A stretch of DNA of 64,000 nucleotides. It comes from Amoebidium appalachense. Taxonomy: Eukaryota; Protista; Ichthyosporea. Below the pieces are notes generated by a model. The model was not told the origin of the DNA. It saw only the letters and a list, made by a program, of their open reading frames with translations, and made no database searches. Position numbers and translations under genes: made by a program. This document shows positions 1 to 13,310 of the stretch, piece after piece (the first letter of the stretch is position 1; the number at the start of each line of letters is the position of its first letter). Location: NCBI GenBank assembly GCA_963693365.1, contig CAVNZM010000003.1, forward strand, positions 12,125,651-12,189,650, in the 5' to 3' direction.

Positions 1-124
1 GCAAAATAAAACACCACCTTTTTCAACCATCATCATAACTGTGAACACAAGTCGCACGAAGTATGAATAACCCGGCAGAGGCGGCGGCGTTTTTTTTTTC
101 TGTTCTTTTCTTTTAGTTTTTCCG

Positions 125-174
<50 letters not shown>

Positions 175-179
175 GTTAC

Positions 180-1225
180 CCGTTTGCATCTACGGTGGAG
201 GGAAAGACCTTGTTCCAGCAGTCATCGTGCACACACAGCCCACAGTCTGATTGGTCAAAAATAGGCCCAATCAATAGGTGCACACAAAAATATGGGGGAT
301 AAAAACATGCACTATCATTAGATGCGCACACCAACATGGGGGATAAACATATACCGTCATTAGGTGCACACACAAGACATGGGGGCTAACATGTGTTTGC
401 TTGGGTGGTCTTGAGCGGGGTTTCTAGGAATGCAAGTGTTGGGTTGGTGGGTGTGGTTGTGGGGCTGTGTCAGAGCTGGCTGCACGAGTGCTGTAAGAGT
501 AGTGGTTCTTGGTAAGGGAAAATGGAAGGGGGAGAAAGGGGGGGCGGGGGAGGAGGAGGGGGGAAGGGGGGAGAGGGGGGGGGAGGGGGAGGGGAAGGGG
601 GGATTAATAGCAAACCACATACACTGACACTGGCTTGCATCCTTCAGCAGGGGAATAATCTTCTTGTCACACACCAGACACCTCTCAGCCATGCCCAAAT
701 AGCGGCCAAAGGCATGCTCCCCAAAGCTGGCACGCTTGGCTGCCACATCATTCTGGCTCTCTTCGAATATCAGCTCGGCAATGGGTGTACGCAACGGCTG
801 CATGTGGGCAAGGGGGGAGTGTGTTATAAAGTGTTAATATATAATTAATATTCACGACGGAAACCACAGTAAAAATCTTGAAGAAAATAGCACACGAAGT
901 ATGCATAATACATACAGCCCATTCTCCCCAGGGGGGAGGGGGGGGGGGGGGGGGGGGGGTTTGAATGCGGAACACAGTACGAAGTACGCATACACGATGA
1001 GAAGCATGGTGCAGGACACATGCAAAGGCAAACATTCAACTATGCAGCATCAGCCATGCGCACAGTATGCGTCATAAGCAGAGCCCATCCTCAGGGAGGG
1101 CCCAAGTCATGGGTGAAACGGTACCAAGTATCAGGACACAGCCAAATCACGGACAAAAAGCAAAAAAGAACAAGCATAAAAAGCATGTCTTTTTTTTTTT
1201 TTTTTTTTTTCTTTTGGGAGGGGCT

Positions 1226-1270
<45 letters not shown>

Positions 1271-2367
1271 TACAGATTCAAATACCAAACAGCTAATGGT
1301 GCTAAATCATGAGCATAGGTACACATAGCTATTGTTGCAAATCATGGGTGCAGAATAGGCTAGCTGATGGCTTAAACCATAGCGTGTTTCGCGTTTACAT
1401 CGTAGAGAAGTGTTTGGTTGTTATGTGGTGATCAACATCAGGAATAATACAGGTGCTGGCCCTCCGGCGTGCTCATCATTGAACAACAACAGTCTCCAAA
1501 CACATGCCACACACACCTACCGCCCCCCTTCCCCCCCCCTCCCCCTCCCCTGCCCCCTTTCCCCTCCTCTCCCCCTCCCCTCCTTCCTCTCCTCCTCCCC
1601 CCAAAAGACCCACCCTAACCCCTCCCCCACCCCCCTCCTTTTTTGCCCAGGCCACACCTACCCCCACATCCAGAGGTGCCGATAACCCTCTACGTGCCTG
1701 CACCCCCCTTTGCAGGGGGGGCATCAGGTTGGGTTCGGTGGAGGAGCCACTCAGCCCAGGGCTGGTGCGTGGTTCGGGTGGCTGTGTGGCATGGAAATAC
1801 ATGTGTTATCTACGGCTATCCAAAACTAAAATAAATATATCTCCTTTGTCCAGAATGGCATTGGCCGACAGCTATTATAGCTTGCTCTAAACAACATCAT
1901 GTAATGTAGAATGATGTGATTTTAGTTAATTGCTGCAAATTCCGAGTATCTACACTTTCCACCTCGACCTTTCCGCGGCTTAGGCTCACTCAACCTCAAT
2001 CAATCGCCCTAGCGAATGTCACGTCACACATGCCCCACCTCCCCCCCCCCACCTCCCCGCCTTCCCCTCCCCTTCCTCCCCCTCCCCCTCCCCCCCGCCC
2101 CCCCCTTCGAGGGGGGGCACAATCCCGCTTCCCTCCCCTCCTCCCTCCCCAAAACCCCCCACCTCCTCCCCTCCCACCCCCCTCCCCCCCCCACAAACAC
2201 ACACCCACCCTCCTCCATTGCCCCTCCCAAAAAATCTACAATTCCCACTCCACCCCACCCCATCCCCACCATCACACACATACATACACCTGTGTAATCC
2301 CTCCCTCCCCCCCCCCCCCCCCCCCCCCCCCTCCCCCGGGAAAAAAAAAAGAGAAAGAAAGAACCCC

Positions 2368-2421
<54 letters not shown>

Positions 2422-2691
2422 CCAAACCCCAATCCCAAACATGCACAACACCGGCCCCTTACCTTAGACTCCATAGTGGGCCTAGGGCTCTTTGGAGGCA
2501 GCTCCCCATCAGAGCCATTTGGCCACGTGGGTCTTCTTCCCTTTGGTGCAGGGCTGGGATATTCATCATCCTCTCGGGGTAGTGGCTCCCCGGCTGCTAG
2601 AATGGCCCCTGCTCCTGACTCCGCTGGAAAAAAAAGGGGAGGAAAGAAGAGTGTTAGGTGGAAGGAGAGGTGGTGGTAGGAGGGAGGAGGA

Positions 2692-2766
<75 letters not shown>

Positions 2767-3029
2767 GGTGTTCACCATTCGCGCTGTCTATCACCGAAAG
2801 TGTTTTTAGCGTACCAGCACAGAAATTAAGATATCTGGCCTGGATACCGGCTACTGCATGCTGCACAAAGTCATGTGTATGTGTGTCGGTAGGGAAAGGG
2901 CACGGGGGTTGGGGGGAGGGGTAGAACCTGAAAGCAGTACCAAGACAGTACGAGGAAGGGAGGACACGGGGGGGGGGGGGGGAGGGGAGATTTTTTTTTC
3001 TTTCTTTTCTTTCTTTTCTTTCTTTTTTT

Positions 3030-3069
<40 letters not shown>

Positions 3070-3694
3070 TTGAATGCGGAACACAGTACGAAGTACGCAT
3101 ACACGATGAGAAGCATGGTGCAGGACACATGCAAAGGCAAACATTCAAGTATGCAGCATCAGCCATGCGCACAGTATGCGTCATAAGCAGAGCCCATCCT
3201 CAGGGAGGGCCCAAGTCATCAATTGCGTCTGAGTTTCGACCCCTTAGCCCGCGTATATACGACGCTCCAACTCAGACAGCAGCATCAACTGAACTTGGGT
3301 GGGTCAACCCGTCTTGATCAAAGACGAGCAGGGTTGCTTATGTAAGCAAGGTGAGCAAAACGGTGAAGATGTATGTGCAAACTAATGCAGTGCAGCGACA
3401 AACGCGTATGCGCTTACAGATGCACGACACAGAGCAACCATGCCCGGTTGCATGGAAGTAAAGATGTCTTGGGCTCCCCATCAATGCCTTTTTCGACATG
3501 CCGAAAAGCTGCCACAAAAAAACCAACGTGCCGAAAAGCTGCCACAAAAAAACCAACGGATACACCAATCAACTCTACACAGGACGATCACACATCTTAT
3601 TTCCAAAATAAAATAAAAGAATTCACTCACCGTTCTTTGCCAGCTGCAGGCCCACCTGCTGCTGCAGCGCCTTGAACCGGGCCTTGCTGTCCAT
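180..3694 (-). CDS. Multi-exon gene (3' part runs off the left edge) encoding a PKC-type C1 (DAG/phorbol-ester zinc finger) domain protein
   Basis: Exons with canonical splice sites and matching phases: 3694-3631 (MDSKARFKALQQQVGLQLAKN), 2623-2463, 1781-~1697 (donor uncertain), 797-623, 246-180. The last two splice to HAFGRYLGMAERCLVCDKKIIPLLKDASQCQYCGLCVHDDC, the H-C-C-C-C-H-C C1 pattern. Further upstream exons are possible. Confidence 0.8.
960..1110 (-). mobile_element. G-run-associated retroposon family A, 5'-truncated copy
   Basis: Near-identical to 3068-, 11937- and 50586-. All copies share the end TTTGAATGCGG next to a poly-G run, and the other end varies. Confidence 0.75.
3068..3462 (-). 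mobile_element. G-run-associated retroposon family A, longest copy (may extend further)
   Basis: About 395 bp nearly identical to 11937-12330, with an internal hairpin (arms 3210-3235 and 3269-3299). Confidence 0.8.
3499..3558. repeat. 30-bp tandem duplication
   Basis: TGCCGAAAAGCTGCCACAAAAAAACCAACG x2. Confidence 0.9.
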
Positions 3695-4101
3695 CTGCCC
3701 TTCTCCCCTTCCCCTGCCATTTACAGCAAAAACTCAACACAAAGCCAGGAATTCTTTTATTGCCGTAAAAAAGCCTCAGAGAGAATTTCTTAAAAAAGGG
3801 ATGCATAAGTAAGCTGTTTGAAAAGAATACCAAAGAGAGAGAGAAGCAGGAAAGAGGAATAGGAGCGGAGGGGAGAAGGGGGGAGGCACGCCGGGGGGGG
3901 GGGGGGGGGGGGGGGGGAGGGGGGGGAGAAAGAGGGAGCCAGATATGGAGGGACGGTAGGGGGGCAGGAGAAGGGGGCCGCAGAGAGGCAACCAGGGGGA
4001 GGAGGGAGGTAAGGAGGGGGGGACGCAAAGAGAGAGAGAAGGGCGGGGGGAAAGGGGGGGGTGGGGGGGGGGTGGGGGGGGGTGGGGAGAGGGGGCGCGG
4101 A

Positions 4102-4137
<36 letters not shown>

Positions 4138-4303
4138 AGTTGAAGAGCACCAGCACCCACACACATGCACAAGCTCTTGCAGCCAAAAACAAGGTATGCA
4201 AAGGCCGGGCAGGCACACACACACACACACACTCACACTCACACACCGTGCAACAAACACACACAAACACACACAACACACACAAACACAGGCACAGACA
4301 CAG

Positions 4304-4350
<47 letters not shown>

Positions 4351-4445
4351 CACACACACGCATGCACGCGCGCACACAAACACGTGCACGCGCGCACACA
4401 AACACACGCACGCGCGCGCACACATGCACGCGCACGCGCGCGCCA

Positions 4446-4520
<75 letters not shown>

Positions 4521-4522
4521 TA

Positions 4523-4563
<41 letters not shown>

Positions 4564-6247
4564 CACCGAAAACGCTCACCCTTTTGTTGAGAGGGCTGTG
4601 GTGTGCTTGTAGGTTTACGCTGCTCAGCCCACTACATCCTAGCCAACTCTGCAGAAAGGAGCCGACTAGAAACCTGTTGCTTATTAGTATGACCTATGTA
4701 TAATCGCTGCACTGACAGAGCCTATAGTGCTCTGAGCTCTAAACCAGTCGGAACCCTATTAACACTTTGGTAAGTAGTTACTTTCTAAAACGCTACGGTG
4801 TTTCCGTTTGAACCTGTGTTTGGGCAAGATTTCGGCCATGCATGAGCCGGTGCGAAGCAGAGCTGCTTATAATGGCTGCTAGATGCAATTTTCTGGTCTT
4901 GCCTATGCTTCGTATAAGCGCTTCACAGGGGATGTGCCTATCAAGCAACCAATGCTACGAGTGAAGAGAGACCTACTTGTAAATATCCCCAACCTGAGAG
5001 CTAATCCAGCTTCCTTCCTTGCCTCTGGCTGCGCCCGAGTCACATAGCGCTCGAGCTCGCCCAGGAAAAAAAAAAAAGTGGCCGTCAGCTGGCCTGTGCA
5101 GATCGCAGATCTATCGTTTTGATTACCTGTTGTCTGTGGCCCGAAGGCCCCCGGGTACCGGTAGGGGAACAGCTGTGAAGGTAGCCCTGTGAAGGTAAGA
5201 GTGAAGGTACTGTAACAACAGCTGTAAAGTAACAGTGTGTTTAAATATTTTTCCTGTGCATATCAACTAACGTATTTGCCTTGCTGTGTGTTTGGGTACT
5301 GAGTTTCAACAAACCAGAAACTCTAAGGTCACCTTAAGGACCTTAATTTCAAATCCTGCCGGATGATGATCGGATCGCGATGATCAAGTTTGCAGGCTAT
5401 GTATGTGTATGTTAGGGTCAAGGGTAATAAGGCAAGAGCTGCACCTGTCATGTGCACACACCAAATTTTCAAAAACATTTCCGGACCAGGTGCATGGTAC
5501 GAGTGTCCATTTTTTGGCTTCCCTTTCTGTTCTTTGCTCAGCACCTTTCCACACAGAGTAGGCATCAGGCCCTTTCTGCCACACAATAGTTGGGAACAAA
5601 ACATAGACTGAGTCTACACCGGCCAGCTTTCCAGCCTCCTTGGTACCCAGCTCGGGGCTTTTTGTTGAGCCCCGAGCCGTAAATATAAGCCGTTTGAAAA
5701 CCCCATCTCACGGTACGCCAACATGAGTGAAGTGAGCAACAGTAATGCACCAGTGCCACCAAGCCTCACCCAAGGTGAATATGCCTATTTTTGTTTCCTT
5801 AATGGCGTGGAAGTTTTTTGCTTATTTGGGTAGGGATAGGTTGGGCTGGGGTGAGGGGGGGGGGGGGGGGGGGGGGGGAGGGGGGGGGATGGGGAGGGGA
5901 GGGGAGGGGTATTAGGTTCAGTCTACACGGCTGAAGAATAGTAAGCAGGAAACGTCCCTTACGATAACCACGTATGCTGTGACGAAAGTTGAACGTGCAC
6001 GAACGCATAAAAATATGTGACGGCATACGCATGCACGTGTCACAGAATCCACATAACACGCGTGTGAGCACACACCTGTAGACATGCACATATGCATAGT
6101 ACTGTTCTCCTCGGACACTATCCATACAAAAATCGGATTTGACATGTTCTACAGTCAACTCAAAAGTTGTTCAGTCCTCCCCCCCCCCCCCCCCTCCCCT
6201 CTCACACAGTACAATGTCACAGCCCTAATAAGTCCCCGTGCACACAG

Positions 6248-8087
6248 ATGGCCCCCTATACCACCTGCCTCCCGAGCTCGTGTTCAAGATTCTGCGTTTT
6301 TTGCCGCTTTATGAACGAGAGAACTTTTCCCTCGTGTGCTGCAGCTTTGCTCAGTTGGCACGGTCCCCACACGCCGGCACAGTTGGACTTCGGCCGTTCA
6401 GAGGTCCCTACCTCAACAATCACTACGAATTATGTGATTTGAACGAAGTGAGAGTGTGGCATGGGGCAATCAGCACGATCAAAATAGAATCTTATGGAAT
6501 TGGCCTGAGCGAGAGGCAGCAGGAGCAAGCGATGCAGTTGAGTCGCGACCTGTCCGTACTTTCAGGGGTTAACGAAGTGGTATTGGTGGCGGGGTTCGAC
6601 GAAGAAGACTTCCTTTAGGTGTTTCTGCCTTCGGTTTGCGCAAGTCTCGGGCCACAAACGAAGCGATCATCGTTCACATTGGTCGCCGCTGACCAATCGA
6701 GTGCACAGGTTTTCCGGTCATTTTGGGACAAACTTACGGCTTTGGAAGAATTGGCGTTGATTGTCGGGCGCGTCGGTGCCTTACCAGATTTTGTTGTTTT
6801 TGAGGCAAAACCAACCCTCAAGAAATTTGACATTGGCGGTGCGATGGCGGTGCGACCTACGACGATTCAACGGAGCAAAACCTCGGTGAGATCCACCGTT
6901 TGTGTCCAAGCCTCGAGTCGCTATCCCTAAACTTCGTGTTTATGCAACGACATGGTGTGCCCTTGGACCTTAGCATACTTCCCTCGTGCGCAACTTTAAA
7001 GCACTTAAAGGTCGACACTTTCTATGGCTATGCGGCCCCGCAGATTTTGGTGCTGCTGTATCTTCCTAATTTGGAAGTTCTGGAGGTTTCCGCCCGGTGG
7101 AAAATAGATGCGACTGTAGTGGGACGTTGCAGACTTTTACGCAAAATTGACATCAAGTGCAGTGGGTTCTCTCGGGATTTCCCGGACACCCATTTTCCAC
7201 AGCTCGAGTCCTTTTCGTTGGTGCTCAAAGTATTTTTGAACGAGTCACATATCAAGCACGAGGACATAACGTCATTTCTTGAACGGCACGCCAGTTCACT
7301 GAAACACTACGCCTGAAAGGAATGGCAATTTCCTGGAACGCAATATCCAATCTTCACGGACTTACCACTTTGGACATAACCAATTGTCCTAGTCTGGCTT
7401 CGGCCGGGACCACACTCTCATTGGACAACATGCCGCTTATGTGTTCGCTCGCAATTCCGAGCAGCAATGGAATCACACGAATTTCTGCGTCTTCCCGGCA
7501 CAACCACATGCAAACAGTAATTTTAAATACGTGTGCCACACTGTGCGAAGTGGAGGGCTTGGCCATGTGTCGCAAACTGCGACAACTGTATGTGCGAGAG
7601 TGTGCAAGTTTGCACATCGAAACGATCCAACCACCGCCGTTTGTCGAGAAAATAAGCATTCGTGGGGTGGGTGGGAGAACACTGTTTCAGATCGACCACA
7701 GGTACCTGAGAGAGCTTTCCATTTGCGATTGCAAAGATCTGGAGACACTCGGTGATGTACCTATGTGCGCGCGGTCTTTGAAGTATGTAGGCATTGAAAA
7801 GTGCCCCGTTTTGACCAACATCTCGCTCACCGGCGCCGTTGCTATGAAATGTCTTCTCCTGTCCGTGCTCGATTCGTTGCGCACAGTACAAGTTGAGTGG
7901 CCACCCAAACCTGGCCAGCATTAACGCTGGAGACCTGCCCAATCTGGACCTTACCCCTTTCACAACATGCCCGAAGTTGACACCCGAGGATATCGATTAC
8001 CTGACCAGAGACGTCCGGCGTTCCTACAGCTGCCTGAGAGTGAGGCGGCGGCGGCCAGCTGACCACAATGCCAAAACCGATTCTTAG
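6248..8087 (+). pseudogene. F-box + leucine-rich-repeat protein pseudogene
   Basis: F-box motif LYHLPPELVFKILRFLPLYERENFSLVCCSF followed by LRR units (LPNLEVLEV, CRKLRQLYVRECASL, LRELSICDCKDL). Disabled by an in-frame TAG (6616-6618), an 11-bp tandem duplication (6834-6855) and frameshifts near 7305 and 7900. Confidence 0.8.
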
Positions 8088-8097
8088 GGTAGGTTAG

Positions 8098-8132
<35 letters not shown>

Positions 8133-8200
8133 AAGTTCCCCCCTGCCCCGACACACACGCACGCACACACACCCTCCCTCCCTCCCTCCCTTCCTCCCCC

Positions 8201-8271
<71 letters not shown>

Positions 8272-8274
8272 CTC

Positions 8275-8309
<35 letters not shown>

Positions 8310-8401
8310 TCTCTCTCTCTCTCTCCTCTTCATGTCTCTCTCTCTTCCCCCCCACCTTCCCTAGGCTTCCCTTCCTCCCTCCCTCCTCCAACCTCCTCCC
8401 C

Positions 8402-8449
<48 letters not shown>

Positions 8450-8570
8450 ATTTGCATTTCTGTCCGTTTTGCATTTCAGCATATTCGGAGTCTCTGTGCC
8501 TTGTTCTAGGTAGCAAATTCTGACCTTCTTCCTACCCTCCTTTCCCTTCGGCTGTTCTTGTCTTCCCCCC

Positions 8571-8610
<40 letters not shown>

Positions 8611-8811
8611 CCCTCCCCTCCCAGATCACTTGCCCCCCTCCCTCCCCCCCCCCCCCCCCTCCCTCCCCCCCCCCCCCCCCCCAAAAAAAAAAAAAAAAAA
8701 AAAAGAAGAAGAAGAAGAAGAAGAAGAAGAGGAAAGAAAAGAAAAACACACAAGAAAAAAGTTTATTAAGCAAAAAAAACCACAAACACCCACGTGAAAT
8801 TAATCTCAGGT

Positions 8812-8925
8812 TCTGCCTCCCTCCAATTGTTCTTTCACAGGTCACAGCATCTTCGTGCAGGCCTTCTGGCGGCTGTGAGCTGTGTGATGGGTGAATCATT
8901 CGGTGGGCTGCAAGTGGTGCCATTT
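8812..8925 (+). repeat. Diverged duplicated segment (second copy 10128-10240) containing a polypyrimidine/CAG acceptor-like site
   Basis: CTGCCTCCCTCCA..GTTCT.TCACAG|GT.ACAGCATCT.CGTGCAGGCC...TGGCGGCTGTG.GCTGT is present twice. Confidence 0.65.
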
Positions 8926-8934
8926 GAGGAGGGA

Positions 8935-8965
<31 letters not shown>

Positions 8966-9206
8966 TGTACGGGCCTGTGTCTGCAACACTAGTGATGTCA
9001 GCATCCATAGGGCAAGCTGGGTTGTGTGCAAAGTTGTGTGTTCCGTGGAGTTATATTAGGTTGTGGTTGGCTAAATTTAACTGGTTTCAAAGGGTTGTTT
9101 CTGAATAATAATGTTTTTGGCACCTCTTTTTTTTATTTTGCCATTTAATTTTTTTCGTTTGGATTTCAACTTGTTTGTGCTGCCAGTTTGTGTTTATTTC
9201 TTGGGG

Positions 9207-9278
<72 letters not shown>

Positions 9279-9342
9279 GCTGCTGGTGGTGATCTGGCTT
9301 TTCTTTTTCTTTCTTTCCTTCATATTTCCCCTTCGTTTATCA

Positions 9343-9373
<31 letters not shown>

Positions 9374-9480
9374 CTTACTAATAGTGTGTACATATGCATG
9401 TATGTGTGTGTGTGTGTGTGGTGAACTAGGTGGTGGTGATGGTGGGTGGTGTAAGGGTGGGTGTGTGCGGCTTCTGGAAG

Positions 9481-9522
<42 letters not shown>

Positions 9523-9686
9523 CTGGCTGGCTGGTTAAATTACAAAAAAAATATTAAAGTTTCCCCATGCCCATGGACATGTCTAGTGGACGTGTGCGCA
9601 TGCATGGGCAAGAAAATTTCCCCCCTCCCCTCCCACCCTCCTTCCTTTCCTCCTCCCTTCCCCCCTCCCCCCTCTCACCTGGCCCC

Positions 9687-9728
<42 letters not shown>

Positions 9729-10898
9729 TCTCCCCCCCCCGTGCTGCCTTTCTTAGTCTCCGTTTTGTATTTCATGTCTATCTGCATTGCGATTCGGTAT
9801 CATCGTACTCTGTGTCTTGCATTATGTAGTTAAGATTCTAGCTCTCTTCCTGTCACTTCCTGCCCTGCTTCTCCCCCCCCCCCGTTCTCCCCCCCTTCCC
9901 CCCTCCCCCGCCCCCTTCACGTGCACACACCTTATCCCACCCCCACCCCACCAGTACCCCCCAAGATCATCAGCCTCATCATCCCCCCCCCCCCCCCCCC
10001 CCCCCCCCCCATCCCAGACAACAACAAAAATAAAACTAAAAAATGAAAGAAAAAAAGAAATGAAGAATGGGAAAAAGATACGGGGGTCTCGATACCATGT
10101 ACACACATTGTCAAGCGGGATTAACCTCTCTGCCTCCCTCCATTCGTTCTGTCACAGGTGACAGCATCTGCGTGCAGGCCGTGTGGCGGCTGTGGGCTGT
10201 AATGGATGATTCATCCGATGGTGCCGCAATTAGTGCCATTGTTTTTTGTTTTTTTATATGCTATTTTAATTTTTATTGTTATTTTTTCGGGGGGGGGGGG
10301 GGGGATGATGGTGCGGGGGTGTTTGGGCATGTGTATGCATCACAGATGGTATGAGCATCGACGGGGGATTCGGAGGCTGGGTGCAACGGTTGGGATATTA
10401 TCATAATGAAAATTCAAAAAAGGTTTTGGAGGTTTGTTTCTGGAGCTTGTTGACGATGCTGATATAGCGGTTTATTTTGTGCACGCCCTCATATTTCTAC
10501 CTTTTTTAATCAATTTGAACTGTCTTTAGTGTGATTTTGCAAATCCCTGAAACTTGGTGTATTATTATTATTATTATTATTACTATTATTTATTTATTTT
10601 TTTTTAGAGAGAGAGGGGGAGGGGGAGGGGGGGGTGTTGACGTTCGTTCAGATCGAGAATATGATCGTGATACCTTCATTCATCATCCAACCCTTCCCAA
10701 TCATATTTGCTGAATCATTATCTATGTGGGTTATACTTCAGTATATGTTTGCATAGTTATGTTTGCATTCATAGATTCGAATTCACCGTCAAATTACAAT
10801 ACACATGCATTTTCGTTTTAATATGAGGCCTCTGCTGGATTCTTCCAGACACGACATAAAAGAAGGATTACGGGAAGGGGACCACAGTTGGGGAGGGG

Positions 10899-11000
10899 GT
10901 GTTTATGAACAGTCGTCGTGATAGCTTTGTACGTATACAGAGCACGATGTAGTGTTTATGAACAGTCGTCGTGATAGCTTTGTGCGTATACAGAGCACGA
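10899..11000. repeat. ~53-bp tandem duplication
   Basis: GTGTTTATGAACAGTCGTCGTGATAGCTTTGTRCGTATACAGAGCACGA x2. Confidence 0.85.
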
Positions 11001-11144
11001 CGTACACATGTACATTATCGACGGACCGCGTCAAGGCGAAGCTTGCAAATAATAGCACATACAAAGCACTTGAGTGTCGAGAGCTCATTAACTGCACGTG
11101 CAGTTCTGTATGTGTGTGTGCGCATGCATGTGCCGCAGCCCCCC

Positions 11145-11185
<41 letters not shown>

Positions 11186-11936
11186 GGGAGGATCCGGAAC
11201 AAAAGATTCGGCAAAACTTGATTTATTGACATTCATGATCTGTGGCATGGCATTCACCTTATCGAAAGACAACACATCATAACATAGTATTACAACCGTA
11301 CAACCCCCCATTGTAAAATGGTAAAATGATCTTTCCATTATTTGAGCACAAAAAGAATGCTAAAACCTAGGTGGGATAACAATGTCGACACATTACTTAT
11401 ACTGCAAAATTCATATGCAGGGAAACTAGAAGAAACAATACCAAAGTTCACATGCTGATAAAACGTACCCATGCGCAACACCAATGAATATAAATTTAAA
11501 CACGTCTACTTGTGTAACACATCGTATACTATGATAGCAACAACAACACCGTAGTAGTAACTGATGCATGTCCGCCCAGCAACCGTTTAACCTAAACAGA
11601 GTACATATCAAATATGAGATATAAAAAAACGGAAACGTGCCGTAAAAAGTTCATCTTTGCGGATATGAAGCAGGACGTGGTGTGGGAAGCCGCCACACGG
11701 AGAGCCACACACCTGTTTGGGATGTGAATGTCAGAATTCAAAAAAAAAAACCCATCCCCTGTGTTTCTCCCATGCAAGTTGGAACAGGGAAACTTGTGTG
11801 CAGATGCACACTTGTTTGTGAATGTAATGCATGTGTGAATGATGGTGATATCAACAAGCCTATTATCCGTGCCATGTGTGTATGCATGAGCGTGCACTGC
11901 AGAGGGGAAGAGGGGAGGGGGGGGGGGGGGGGGGGG

Positions 11937-12330
11937 TTTGAATGCGGAACACAGTACGAAGTACGCATACACGATGAGAAGCATGGTGCAGGACACATGC
12001 AAAGGCAAACATTCAAGTATGCAGCATCAGCCATGCGCACAGTATGCGTCATAAGCAGAGCCCATCCTCAGGGAGGGCCCAAGTCATCAATTGCGTCTGA
12101 GTTTCGACCCCTTAGCCCGCGTATATACGACGCTCCAACTCAGACAGCAGCATCAACTGAACTTGGGTGGGTCAACCCGTCTTGATCAAAGACGAGCAGG
12201 GTTGCTTATGCAAGCAAGGTGAGCAAAACGGTGAAGATGTATGTGCAAACTAATGCAGTGCAGCGACAAACGCGTATGTGCTTACAGATGCACGACACAG
12301 AGCAACCATGCCCGGTTGCATGGAAGTAAA
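11937..12330 (-). mobile_element. G-run-associated retroposon family A, copy flanked by poly-G on both sides
   Basis: Near-identical to 3068-3462. G-runs on both flanks are consistent with a G-run target-site duplication. Confidence 0.8.
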
Positions 12331-12735
12331 GGGGGGGGGGGGCTAATCTCTATGTGTCGGCAAAATTCCACCTACGTAGTGGCACCTGAAAGTGCACGTG
12401 TCTTACGACTGCGAGGGTAAGGAGTGGTTGGGGGCCAGATTTTAATGTGTGTGTGGGGGGGGAGATGCGAGTGCGAGTGTGTGTGTAGGTACGTGTGCGC
12501 GCGCTTGTGTGGGTGAGGGGTGCGCACGTGTGTGGGTGAGCGTGAGCGTTTGTGTGTGTGTGTGTGTGCATGAAAGCAAAACAACAATAAAAACGCAACA
12601 ACACAACCAGACACACATAAAGGACAAGACAAAACACAAAAAACAAAAACCTACGTGCGAGGCAAAAGCATGATAGCAGCTATGTGCGTAAGAGAGCCTG
12701 GATGTACAGGACATCCCAACTTTTCACAAAAACAG

Positions 12736-12772
<37 letters not shown>

Positions 12773-12838
12773 CACACACACACACACCCAAAAACAAACA
12801 AACAATCAAACAAAAAAAAAAAGGCCACTAAACCCACC

Positions 12839-13278
12839 TTACTGGCCGTAAATCTGACTGAGGGTGGCGGGCTGTGTGGCCGTGAACACACGGTTGTTGC
12901 CGTCCTCCCAGTCCGTGCGCCCGTCAGCATGCATCACCACGTACTTGTACTCTGTGTGGGAGCATGGGGTTAGCAAAGAGACATCGGCATGTGCAGAAAC
13001 CACATGGATTGATTGTTTCCTGATTTGGATAAGGGGGATAGTTGTGTGTGTGTGTGTGTGTGTGCAAGGGGAGGGGGGGGGATCTGTTGGGTATGGACAC
13101 ACAGATACACGTGCATGTGGCTATGTAAGGGGTGATGTGCCCATGTGCATATGCATGGGAATGTGTGCTGGTTCGTGTATGTGTTTGGTGGATGACGTGC
13201 ACGCATGCCTGTTGTGAGTGTGCGCGTGCCACCGTTTGGAAAACCATGGACCTGAACAGTGGTGGTGGTGACGTGAAT

Positions 13279-13310
<32 letters not shown>

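Noticed and set aside
3776-4703. Numerous CVCV/HTHT/poly-Pro/poly-Gly ORFs here and throughout the window
   Set aside because: They are translations of (CA)n and G/C homopolymers.
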